From Chlorokybus atmophyticus (lineage: Eukaryota > Plantae > Mesostigma and Chlorokybus algae), in the NCBI GenBank assembly GCA_009103225.1, contig RHPI01001507.1, forward strand, positions 549,513 through 613,512: a DNA stretch of 64,000 bases. Reading direction: 5' to 3'. The notes under the pieces are model-generated. The model was not told the origin of the DNA and did no database searches. It was given only the letters and a program-made list of their open reading frames with translations. How positions within the stretch are numbered: position 1 is the stretch's first letter; the number at the start of each line of letters is the position of its first letter. The translations under genes were made by a program, and so were the position numbers. This document shows positions 24,890-36,975 of the stretch, piece by piece.

Positions 24890-27348
24890 TGGCTTGTTTT
24901 TGCCACTTGGTATTGCCACATACACCTTCGCGAAAGGACTACTACGTTCGACTTTTTACAAGATTAGCCTCGTCCTGATACAATTAAGGTGTACTACAAC
25001 ATCCGGGAGGCGGGCTTTACAGTCAACCGTGAGCAAACCGATGTTATGCCCATTCGCCCAGATGAGACGCGGCCCGCGATGGCACCTGCATTGAGCTCAG
25101 CTCAGCAGAGTCTCAGCGGCATCGCTATTGCCGCTTGCTTCTAGGCAAGACAGCCATAGGCTGTGGCAGCGTGTAGAAGTTGCGGCATGGCACAAGCGGA
25201 ACAGGGCAAGCGGCGAAACTACCACATGTGGTTGTACAACCACCCGCCGGCCCGCTGTCGCCAGGCGACACGCTCTTCCCACGGCGGAGACTTGCAATGA
25301 ACTTGGCGCTTCCACAGCCTTCTAAACATCTCTCAAAGTCATGGGACGAGCCATGCGCAAGGTAGTGTATGGCCAAGCGCTGCACATGCGCAGTTGAAGC
25401 GGCTTCGTGCTGTCGTGCCAACAAATATGTACACCGTGGATGCTACAGGCTGCAGCAAGCGCATGGGTAAAGCTCTCGCGAAGAGGGGTGGTGGAGGCAA
25501 CACCCGGCTATGGACGCCTGCACACGGTACCACAAATGACGAAAAAAGAGGTGGCATTGGGCGTGATGGATGGATTATTACTACGTGTGAGCCGCTCACG
25601 CCTGCGGCAGAGCATTGCTAAGCAGCAAGCGCAACATGTATTGTTGGGTATCATACCCAACAACGCATCATAATGCTAGCACAGGATATTTTATTGTGTA
25701 TCGTCATGAAACAAGGATTACGTCGTCCATCATATTATATAATATTTGTCGCCTATCGTCGCATGGTTAACGTTGTAACCACTTATAGCGATGGCGGCAG
25801 CGATGGTAGGCCGTGCAACATAGCACATTGCGCTTTCCAACAAAAATGTATGATGATGCATCGTGCTCTATGCATGCACATGGTATGCCCATAAATGTTG
25901 CAGAGCACACTTGCGCCTGTTACAGCTTGTGCCAATAACAGCATATACATTATGCTTGTAACCGCAGTGTGTGCTTGTTAGTAGCATGCAGTATGCTTGT
26001 ACCAGTAGCTGCTTAATGCTAATAGTAGCATACAACTGTGCAGAATATAAGGGATGCTTATATCGGCGCGACGACTACCACGGTTGTGTTGGGCTCCAAC
26101 AGACTCCGTACCCCCTACCCCCTTACTCGCGGGGGGTAGGGGGTAGGGGGGGGACANTATTTATATCATTGTTTTATATGTTATTGTATGATGAGGTAAA
26201 TAACTATGCGCGGCGCCGGCGTTAATGATGCAACGTAGCGTTACGCCGCGTCGTATTCCGCGCCTACCGCTACTTGGTTAGCCTTTTAACCGCATGCGGT
26301 GGTGGCAGTAGCGAAGGCGGCAGCGGTCGGTCCCGATTGCGTACCGCATTCAATGTGTGCCTTGTAGTGTGATCCCTACATCATGCGCATTGCGGCACAT
26401 TGGTATCAATACCAATACCGGTATCGTGTGGTGCAGGCCCCATAAAATAGCTCAGTAATATAGACCCGCGCACAGCTGCAATTTTACTATTAGCGGCGGC
26501 GCCCACAACCACGCGCTCGCACGCACGCTCGCCATTGACATGCGGCGTGCTCATTCATCAGTCGTAGCTCCGCATTGGTAAAGCATCCAATAGCAATGTT
26601 TGTTGAACTGCTACACCCTTTTAAAAAAGCATGCATTGCGGAGGCAGTACCTCCGTGCGCGTCATCGCCGAGAATGGCGGGATAATGTAGCGCGCCGCTG
26701 GCAGCAAACACTTATATATGGGCCATCGCAGATTTTGCTGGCATGAGAACTACTGTGTTTGCACCACATCAATGGCCGACATACTGTGCATCCAATCATA
26801 ATGTAAAAAGGCGTTGTAGCTGCAACAATGCGGCCCATCCACCAACATTGAATTCACAAGTTTGCCAATGTTGCGTGCATTATTGTGCTCGTCCCACACT
26901 AATGAGGGACATACTTTGGCACAAGGTGTGGGACTTTGGAGCACAACCGTTGTATTCAATGCAAGAAGTTTCACAGTCCAACACCGAGTGTGGGACTTCG
27001 GAGTACAGCAGCGCCGTGGCGGGATTGCGCAACACCACCCGGCGGCCGGCTGCCGCCGTCCGTGCAGTGATCCTGACGGTTTGTGTAATGGAACTCGGCT
27101 ACAATCATATGTTTGGAATGACCTGGGTATGTGCAGCAGTTGTCCTAGAGCTCCCTGCACGCGTTGGTTTAATGGATTCGGCAAAGTCTATAAACAGCCT
27201 GACAACCAACACTGAGCACACGGATCCAGAAAAGCCATTGAAACGGCTGTGACGGAGCGATGATGGGTTGGATGTGCTAGCCGCACCATCACGCATTGCG
27301 TGAGCAGCCGTATGGCAACGGATGTGTCTCGCCACTTGTAGTGCCGAT
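24890..27348. repeat. Unclassified interspersed repeat, copy 2
   Basis: Matches 1-2696 with scattered substitutions and a short extra segment near 26213-26260; true element ends not determinable. Confidence 0.9.
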
Positions 27349-27786
27349 AGAAAGCTGACATGCAATTGGTGCGGCCGCACAATGGGCATGCACTAAGGCA
27401 TCACTCTCAGTTCAATACCACTGAAGCGACCGTCCGTCACGGTATGGTACTCCCAACGTCACAACGCCATCGCTGCAACGGCGCACGTCAAGCACTAAGG
27501 TCACCAAACAAAATGCCGCTTCGCTCATGTTACGCCACAGACTAGTGCATAGCCACCCACAAGCTTAATGTCACGGCTGCCATGGCCGTTGTTAGAGCCG
27601 GTGCTTGCTCAGACATTACATCAGGCCAACCCTTCAACGACGTGTCAAAAATTGAATGCCACTGCGTGCGATTGCTAAGATGGCGGCAGCACATGCTCAA
27701 TGACAAGCGCGTGCAACCAACGCATACAAGAACTCCGCCAGTGGAATATAACGAGGCGGTAGGTTGCGTCGTAAATCTACAGCGGT

Positions 27787-28752
27787 TGTCACGCCTATAA
27801 GGCTGGCTAAAGTCATTCTCTGTTCCTTACTTATGTAAGTAAGATGACCGGGTGCGTTTTCCATCTCATAAGCATGTGTAGTGCTTGTGGGGTGGCTCTC
27901 ACGTGGTCTGCTCTTGAGCCTATGAGGCCTTGAGTGAGATAAACTACACAAGGTATTGCATATCAGCAAGCACACAGCTGGTCGGTACCATTGAGACATG
28001 GCCATGTGAGCCATGTGTCCGCATGTGTGTGCATATGTTTGCAAGTGCATATGTCTGCATATAAGTGCATATGTGAGAATACGACGTACGTACTAGATGT
28101 ATGCAGGCATGCGCATACGTATGCATAGGGATGCATGTGTATGCTTGTGTGCGATGTCCTACGCTGATATGACCAGCCAAGGACGTTCACATTGCCCAAG
28201 GGTGATGTTTGTGATGGCCAAGGCTGATGTGACTAGCCAAGGACTTTCACAATGTCCGAGGCTTATGTGTAATCAGTCTTGGACATCAAATAAAAGGTCC
28301 AAGGCTGATGTGGCAGCCTAGACATGAGTTGTGGTCAACGCAGCCATGTCAAGGCAAGTAGCCTTGGACTTGGATGTTCTAGGTTGGAGAGCAGCAAAGA
28401 GGGGGTATATGAACGGCCTCAACAAGTGTTGAGGGGGCTCAGCATGTGCATACTCGACTCTTGTGTGTGGGGTGCCTAGTTTAGTTGTTCAAGGGGCTCT
28501 CCCTCTCATCCCATGTGGGGTATGATGCTTGTGGCAGCTCTGCACATATGTGTGGGGTGTGCTTGAGTGTGCATGTGTGTGCAAGCTGAGTAGAGAGGTT
28601 GGTGGCATCCTCTCCTTCCTTGGTGCGGTGCTGTGACTTCCTCCTTTAAGTACTGCACCGTGTGTTGCTGGTCGGGCTTCCGGAAGTAAGTCCTTGTGCT
28701 TGTGCATAAGTTTGCCAAGCCGTACAATAAGTAAGTGCGTGGTATCGTTACA
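27787..28752 (+). mobile_element. Solo LTR (966 bp), Gypsy-like termini
   Basis: TGTCACG...CGTTACA; TSD GCGGT at 27782-27786 and 28753-28757; 3' end (TATCGTTACA) resembles the G1 LTR end. Confidence 0.9.
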
Positions 28753-30083
28753 GCGGTGCAACATAATGCTGAAGATAATAACTTACTCCCTCATCTAATA
28801 ATTTCCCTCCGAGAGCCCCTTCCCATTCCAACACCTTCCCTGCAATCAGGCGTGTATGAGGGTTGTAATGGAAATTATTTGCGCCAATGCAGCATGCCAT
28901 AGCACAGTGTGCCATAATTAGCACGACAATTACACTACAAATGTGCGTACATATCGTGCGCTTGCCACAATATCTGCTTGTTGTAAACTCATTACGCGGC
29001 GTGACCATCTTGGCCACCTTAGCGCTAGGCTGACCGAGATGGTCACGCCGCGTGATTTACAACAAAAGGTTGAGTCTCTGAGGCCCAATTTATACCTTCC
29101 CCCGGCGCGATGATTGCAACTGTCACAGCACGTGCAATATCGCCGGCAATGGCGCTGCGCATGTTGCTTAGCTCAGCGGCGGTAGCGGCGGCGAGCTGAG
29201 CAATATCGTAACCCACCCACCCATACCCTTAAACTGCATTACGATACGTTTAATTTGAGCATGATCACACACGCATTGTGCTTGCTTGCGCGACAGATCT
29301 TGATCGCGCTTATGCTGCCGCATGTACCTCTATCGGATAATGAGCAAAGTTTGCTCAGCAAATTTGCTTAGCAAACTTGCTTGCTTGCACATTACGATCT
29401 CACCGTCTTTCACCAACTGGGTTGTAGCTGGGGTATACTCTTTGCGTATGTTACCGAAGAGGAATGAAAGAGGAATGCATTCAAGCAAAGCAATCTATTG
29501 AGCCCAATATCCCCAGCCAACTGTTGACCCCTCATTGGCTGTTACTAGCCAATGAAGCTATAGTTTGTAACAAGGGTGAACAAAATGACAACTGTGTGTG
29601 TAGTGGTGATCTGATGATATAATGGCTACTCTCATGCCCGCAAGTCGACCGGACACCTCATGTGCGTCCGCGGCGATTGTGATTGTCGCAACGTTGCCGT
29701 GTTACATTAAATGTAAATGCGTGACAATCTGTCGGACCCCTTTCTCAGCGCCACTTTATGATAATGTGTGGCGCTTAACATAGATTGCACAATGTAACGT
29801 AAGTTACGGTGTCGTCAAGGTTTTGGACGGAATTTCTGTTGACATACATACCGCGGTGCTTGAAATTGTTCGTGACCATAGCGCGTCGGTGAAAATCAAT
29901 AAGTTCTTTCTCGTAAAATCCCGCGCAAGTATGCATTATATTGCGCATGCAATGCAATACATAGTTGCTGCCGCTGAGATGGGGGGTTAAGGGTGTGTAA
30001 AGGGCCCTTTCACAATTATTATTTGACGAACAATTTGTGGGCACTACGGTATATGCAGTTGTATATTTTGAAGTCACACCCGT

Positions 30084-30590
30084 TGTAACAATTGGGGCCC
30101 GACCACTAGGCTATGGTAGTAAAAGACATTACCATGAGTGAGGTCTGTCACAATTTATCCCAATTCGTGAAATTCCTCCCCAATTCAACCTATGAGTTCC
30201 TTATAATCCAATGAGGCACTAGCTCACGTCGCCGTGTTCGCGGCCGTACCACGATTGGTCTACCCGCGGCATGTTAGATCCGGCCCACGAACGGTCCTGA
30301 CCGACCGAACGGCCATCCTCACCGCGCAACCTGCCATCGCAGCGCGACCGCTCACGCGGCCTTTGGTAAACTGGCTCGGTGCGCAGGTTGTGATCCCGCG
30401 CCCAGCCTAGGGCAAGCCGCCCCAATTGTTTTTGTTTTTGCCTTGGATGTGCCTCCGTCCCCTACGGGAATTGAACAAGAGACGTCAAGCTCCGTTACCA
30501 ATGTAACAATTGGGGCCCGACCACTAGGCTATAGTAGTGAAAGACACTACCATGAGTGAGGTCTGTCACAACTTATCCCAATTCGCGCCA
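30084..30590 (-). mobile_element. TRIM (terminal-repeat retrotransposon in miniature), 507 bp
   Basis: 89-bp direct repeats 30084-30172 and 30502-30590; TSD CCCGT at 30079-30083 and 30591-30595; minus-strand PBS TGGTAACGGAGC (30500-30489); PPT GGGGAGGAA (30181-30173); no ORF. Confidence 0.88.
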
Positions 30591-30891
30591 CCCGTAGCAG
30601 CCCAATCGAAGCCCCAATTATAATAATAAGGCCCTCGACATTTGTTTATTTGGCGGCTATTCTCCGAGCATATTTCTCTCGTAAGGCGGGGTTGCGTTTT
30701 TTACGCACCCTCAAATCCCCCCCATTTGCTCAAGGGGCTTGTATATTGAGTCGAGTGGGTTGTGACACAGGCACTGCTATCCACTTTTTGGACATTCTCG
30801 TCTTGCAGTCTGTTCATCACGGAGTTTACAAGCGACTCTACGACAAGCTGCGAGAACCAGACTTTCAAGGGGTCCCAGTGTTGCGGTCACC

Positions 30892-31104
30892 TATATCAGT
30901 CGATACAATACATATGCAATTTTACAAAGGTAGGACATCAGGTGCATACAATTATATCAAAGTAATATTATTAGTATAATTGGATGCTTTATATCAGGTG
31001 TTTTATATCATTCGATACAATACAGATGCAATTTTACAAAGGTAGGACATCAGGTGCATACAAATATTATATCTAATTAATAATATTAGTATAATTGGAT
31101 GCTT
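30892..31104. repeat. AT-rich tandem duplication, 2 x ~100 bp (offset 112)
   Basis: tatatca.tcgatacaatac...caaaggtaggacatcaggtgcataca...ttagtataattggatgctt at 30892 and 31004. Confidence 0.85.
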
Positions 31105-33265
31105 AGCAGTTTAATCATTGACTTGATTGAGTCATGTTCCGTACATTATGCATGAATATAAGCATTATGGTATTTGCCATGATAAGAGGCAAAGTTTTAA
31201 GTTCTGCGTTAATACTATAGCATGTAACTTATTAAATTTTGCCTCACATCTCATAATCAAGATATATGAGCAGATGTTATTGATAAAGCCATTGTTTTCT
31301 CTTTAACATATGACAGGAGCTGTCGGGGTGTATGTGATATTGCTACCCCTGGTAGGCCATTACGCTGCCTCACATATTAATCACCAGCCATGAAAGAATG
31401 ACTCTTCTATTCCATTGGCACAGATCTGATGTGGAGCCAATGTGCAACTGTTGCAGGTTTCATGATATAAGACTATGCGCGTCACGTGCTTCAGTGAAAG
31501 TCATCGAGTCCCACTACATGGTGCGCTGCATTGTTTAACAATGTTATATTTAGCAAATGGTGATGACGCTACAGCATCTATAGCTTGAGGCAACAATATA
31601 TTCGCTAATGGCTGCAGCTATGCGCATCACGAGCGATTATCACGATCATGCTGTGACACGAGCTCTGATGTAGCTTAGATAAATGGTGCCATTGCAGCAA
31701 TCCACCAGCTCGAAATTCATGCTTAGAATAAAAGCAGGGCAAATGATTGTGTCATAACATTGCAACCGCTTTCATTTTAAGTCCAAGAAACATGACGCTT
31801 TTTTTTATTTAACCTTTCGTGTCCAAGTGTTCACGACCAACGAGAGGTTGCACCGTCGTTCCAACCGCATTAGTGGATTGGATCCACTGGTAGATCTACT
31901 AGTGACACTCCACTGCTGGATTTATTAGTGGACCCACTCTAGTAATCTGAATGTGTCCGGAGATGCAAGCATCAAGTTTTAAAGCGTGCGCAGCTTCGGG
32001 CCTAGATTGTTGAAATTAGCAACAACTAATTGCCATACAAAAACCAAAATTGGTGCATTAAAGATTGACAGCTCCTTGCATTGCGCAATACAGCCGCACT
32101 ACTGTGTGCCATGACTTATCGTTGTTGTTGCGACATCTCAGTTGCGCCGACTACGGCACCTTCAGCTTGCCGACAAGCAGGAGGTTGCCGTCACCTTTTT
32201 GTTCAAGATAAAAGCCGCTACAAGAGTTGCACCGTGCGCTGCTTTAGGGCTAGAGAGTTGAACAGAACAACACCTTATTGCCATGTACGATATACACGTG
32301 CATTAACAATTGACAGATGCTCGCGGTGCCTAATGCAGTCGCACGATGCGCTTTATTAATTACCGCCATCGCTGTCATATTCACCTTAGCTTAAAGTTAC
32401 CTTGAGCTTTGCAAGGCTGACGACCGAGCTCTTTTTGCACATGCACCCTTTTTACCATGTAACAGGTACGTTATGCCGTACAAAACGCCTCACCCGCCTT
32501 TCATACTGGTCAACACATGTAATCATGCTTCAATAATAAGGATCTCGTATGTGTTATTATTGTCACACTCTCAGAGGATTAGGCCAATCCGCATTGATGC
32601 GCTGTTAGCTCGCTGAGCCAAGCAATTAATTATTAACTCCCTTTTGTACCGTTGCGCTCGGCTCCACACCATTCAACTTGTTTAATTTTCCATATGCCTC
32701 TTATGAGATCACATGCGTAGGGACTCAATTTGAGACGGTCTCTAACGCTCCATTAGCACCAGCTCTAGCCACCCATACGCATTTGGCTTGCTAGACCAAG
32801 CACATACTTATAAACTTGATGGCGGCCGCAATTGCAGTGGCGTTAGCGGCCGTGGCGGGGCAGGAAGGCTTATAGCTGCTAAACACTTGAGTGCGCAAAG
32901 AACCTCACAATGGCAGCATGGCAACAACCAATTGTACCTTCTCTGAAATGATGTTTGCGGATTGATGTTGGTGGCTAAACAATCCAACGCATGCATTTGC
33001 TCCGCTAAGACTGGGCCCTCTACAATCATCACGCGGTTTTTGTATTTCTCCATCGCGCTGGGGATGAAGCTGCGGAAGCCTTAGCTACTAACTTTTATGT
33101 TCATTGTATGGCATGTCAGCGATTTGGGAAGCCAACTTGGTTAAAGTGGATATACCAAGCTGATATAACTCGTGCACAACGCGCGTGAATGCTGTCATTC
33201 TACCTCTTTTATAGGCTTTATATTCTGTCTTATACATGTCATTGCTACGCGACCAGTGTGCAAGT

Positions 33266-33267
<2 letters not shown>

Positions 33268-33313
<46 letters not shown>

Positions 33314-34230
33314 GTGTATATATATACATATATACATATATACATATATATGTATATGTGTATGTACATGTACATAAATGTATATATATATACTTATATA
33401 TCAACATATAATAAACATACACGTAAAACAATATGCATATATACATATATGTATATGTATATATATACATATATACGTATATATATGTGTGTATATATGT
33501 ATATATATACACATATATGTACATATATACATATACATATGTGTACATATATATATGTATATATATGTATATACATATATATACATATGTGCATATATAT
33601 GTATATATATAAATATAAATATAGGGATAGGCATAGATATATGCATATATACCTCTATATATGATAGTATCTATATATATGTATATATGTGTATACATAT
33701 ATATGCATATATGTGTATACATATATATATACACATATTCAAACTTATATAGAGAGATAAATGTATAGACTATCATTACATATATATATTTATATAAATT
33801 CATATATGTTTATGCAAACATATACTACTCTTAATATGTATAATATATTTATATATTTTTTTATATAATATGTATATATATGTATATATATATATGTATA
33901 CATATATATGTAGATAGATATCCATGTATATCCATACATATGCATATATACACACATACACATATACATATATATACATACATATGTATACATAGTTATG
34001 TACTTATATAAAGTCATGTATATTTCTGCAATAGTATATAAATTATAATATATATGAGACATATAAATATATGCATTTATATAACATGTAAATGTATATG
34101 TGTATACATATATACATATATGTATACATATACATATATGTATAGATACATATGTATGTATATATATGTATATGTATATGTATATGTATATACATATACA
34201 TATACATGTATATATATGTATATGTATGCA

Positions 34231-34295
<65 letters not shown>

Positions 34296-34372
34296 ACATA
34301 TACATATATACATACATATACATATATATACATGTATATGTATATATATACTTATATTTATATATATGCACA
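33268..34372. repeat. (CA)n followed by ~1.05 kb of degenerate TA/TATG microsatellite
   Basis: Direct inspection; source of the spurious His/Ile/Tyr/Val-rich ORFs. Confidence 0.98.
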
Positions 34373-36678
34373 TCTGTTCCAAAAAGACGCCTCAATCACT
34401 TACATAAGCCTTTGAGTTTTTGTTGCTGTTATCAACATGCATTGCGCACCTTCAAGTCATCAAGGTGTTTTCGCAATGCGGCCAGCACTATAATTAGTAG
34501 CTATCAGCGGCCAACGTGGCCTTCATTTAAGTTTTCAGCCGTGAAATGTCGATATAAGACCATGGCAGCCAGAACAAAAAGCCACTTCAACAGCCACTTA
34601 ACCTATGCGCTAGCCACAGGTTGGCCGGTCATTATTCGAAAAAATTCGGCATGAAAGTAGCCACTGCCCTCCCTGTCGCTATTGGATACCCGCGCGGCGG
34701 AGCGTCTAGCGGCTTAAACGTGCCACATGTCAGGACTCTGCCTGCCCAAATACCGGCCAAACAGAACCGGCAGCGGCGCTGCCGGTGAAATTTGGATCGA
34801 TATCTGGGCCGGCGGCGCGCTGTACGGGGCGGAGGTTGTCATGAAGCATATATATGTCACACATTCTAGCATGCTGGTGGCTTGCTATAACCCTGCTACC
34901 CAACACAATTAGCCACTATCTGGCGTGATTGCAATTGCTTCATTACAAAGTCACATTGGCTCGTAGCTGAAGTCCGTAGCTGCAGCCCTGAATGCGGCGC
35001 TCTCAGCCTACTTATAATCCGGTTTGCATCATTTATCAACGCCTCCAAGGCTTGCCGATGGGAGTCATAAGCTATTCTCATGCGCCAGCCGCGGCGTGCG
35101 TGTCGATGGCGCAACGCATCGGTTATAAAGGCTCTTTGGGTCATATTTCATGAGTCGGAGCTTGGTTACGATCAGCACATTGAGGTTAATTCTGAATTAC
35201 GTTGAGAGGTCTCACATGTGACGAAAAATTGATGGTTGTGACCAATATGGGAGTTGCATGGTAGTTATGGCAGCCAAAGCGGTTGAAACGGTTGTAGAGA
35301 CATGGTAGGGAGGGTTTGTAAGTGTTCTTTACTTGTGTTGAGGCTATTTAAGCGCAAGTCCCTTCTCTTACAAGTATACAGCTATCAGAAGAAGCTTTAA
35401 GACTTGGTTGGTCGTTGCCTTGGCTGTATGCTTGCCGTGAATGCGCACGTGCTTGAATATGCCTCTGGTTGTTTATGAGCGTGTGCTACACCTTGTGAAC
35501 GGACTTAGCCTCTCCCCGTGCATCACATGCTAATTGCAAGTGCAAGTGTAGCAGCCTGTGCTTGAGTTTAGGTTGGCTAAGATGCGCGTTTGTTACTTGC
35601 GCTCAACTCATTGGCATAAAGGTGTGCAGTGTTTGTGGTTGTAAAGGACGTGGAATGCCATGGAAACTCGGAGCTAGTCTATCGGAGCTTAAAGTCCCTA
35701 TTAAGAGAGAAGAGTTGCCCGAGAAGGAGGTGCCTGCTTCCCTGAGCGAAGGAGACTTTGAGAACAAGCCAGGCGAAGGCAGGGACGTTGAAGAGGTTGA
35801 AGGAGGAGGAGCCAGATCTGATGGACACCTTACCAAAGATGGAGATAGAGGGAGCGCGCATCACATGACGCGCACATGTTATAAGTGTCGTAGCATGTGT
35901 ATAGGTATGTACATTTATGGGGCAGCTTTGGGAGGATCCTAAGCTAGCATACATCATGTTAATGCATGGAAGAAGCTATAATATGTGAAGGAGGTGCAGC
36001 ATTGTTAGGCCATGATGAGCTTGTGAACGACATCCTCAAGCAACGACAGGGCACGGCACGACATCATCCTTCCACTACTAATTATGTAGTATATAAACTA
36101 AATGCTGCAAAATCACGTGCAGGCAGCTCAAAGTCAGCAATTATCATGTAACAAACAATGTCTTAAATGTCACCCATAACATCGAAGTTTTGCGATTGAC
36201 AATCATACTTGGCATTTGCTCATAACAGTCATAAACAGTGTTGAAAGTCAGGCGTTTGCAACTACTAGTCATGCGCTTGGCTGCCTTGTTGTTTTGGTTG
36301 GTATTGCTTAGATTTGATTATTTCGACTTTGTTTTGCATCATGCACCACACACAGGCAACAGGGTTGTACTCATACTTGAAGTGCTGGCGACTAAGCTGA
36401 TTGAATCAACGCTTGTTATGTACATGTGCACGCAATGTGCTTGCATTCGTACTCCACGTTTTGTGAATCAGCAGTGCCGATTCAGCACCCAATGTTTTAC
36501 TTAAAGACCAATGCATCATTTGCTAAACATGAACGCTATGGCTCAAGGTTACTATCACTTGAACTAAACAACACAACACAAGAATATACAAGAATATATG
36601 TAGCCGCTATCAAGCTGCTACACACACTTAACTAGCCAACTTATCACATTTAGACATTCATGCGCTGCACCGGCTTAC

Positions 36679-36975
36679 GTGCGCGTGGTCCCGCCTTCTT
36701 CATCGCCTTGGCCTTGCTGCAGAATCCCTCTTCGCACTCCGAGCAACCCTCACCGTCACAAACTTTGTGACGGACGAAGGGCATGTCGACGAGAACTGCA
36801 GCGCATGCGCACACAAACCGCTAGTACACATAACCTGGTGCATAGTCATGCGCATTCGTGTTTAACCTACCAATGTACGTGTCCGGCCATGCAATACCGG
36901 ATCCCAGTTGGTCTGAAGGTAGCTTGGCGTTGCTCTGCATCGTTTGGTCAAACCACATCGCAACAATACATGTGC
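36679..36975 (-). pseudogene. Two candidate exons of an unknown, probably decayed gene with a CxGxGCxxC motif
   Basis: Exons 36975-36879 and 36795-36679 joined by an 83-nt GT-AG intron read AHVLLRCGLTKRCRATPSYLQTNWDPVLHGRTLLVDMPFVRHKVCDGEGCSECEEGFCSKAKAMKKAGPRA; neighbouring exons could not be joined consistently. Confidence 0.35.

Noticed and set aside
27060-28960. KDZ-transposase-like (LYDNCC..EFH..C) or Ulp1-like (LLDEGVSYYL, QTYDC) motifs on the minus strand
   Set aside because: Motif spacings are too short or lie in different frames, and the GTAAGT at ~28787 suggests part is intronic; not supportable.
32808-33267. Possible pogo/Tc5 (CENP-B-type HTH) transposase remnant, IVEGPVLAEQ...SFQRRYNWL
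   Set aside because: Resemblance is weak, frames are broken, and no DDE domain or TIRs were found; worth only a quick HHpred.
33088-34654. Many long His/Ile/Tyr/Val/Cys-rich ORFs
   Set aside because: Translations of CA/TA/TATG microsatellite.
34766-34786. Perfect 9-bp GC hairpin as a Helitron 3' end
   Set aside because: No CTRR terminus at the expected distance and no Rep/helicase sequence nearby.
35217-35490. Possible solo LTR (TGTGACG...GCTACA)
   Set aside because: Flanks TCACA and CCTTG do not form a TSD, and there is no second copy in the window.
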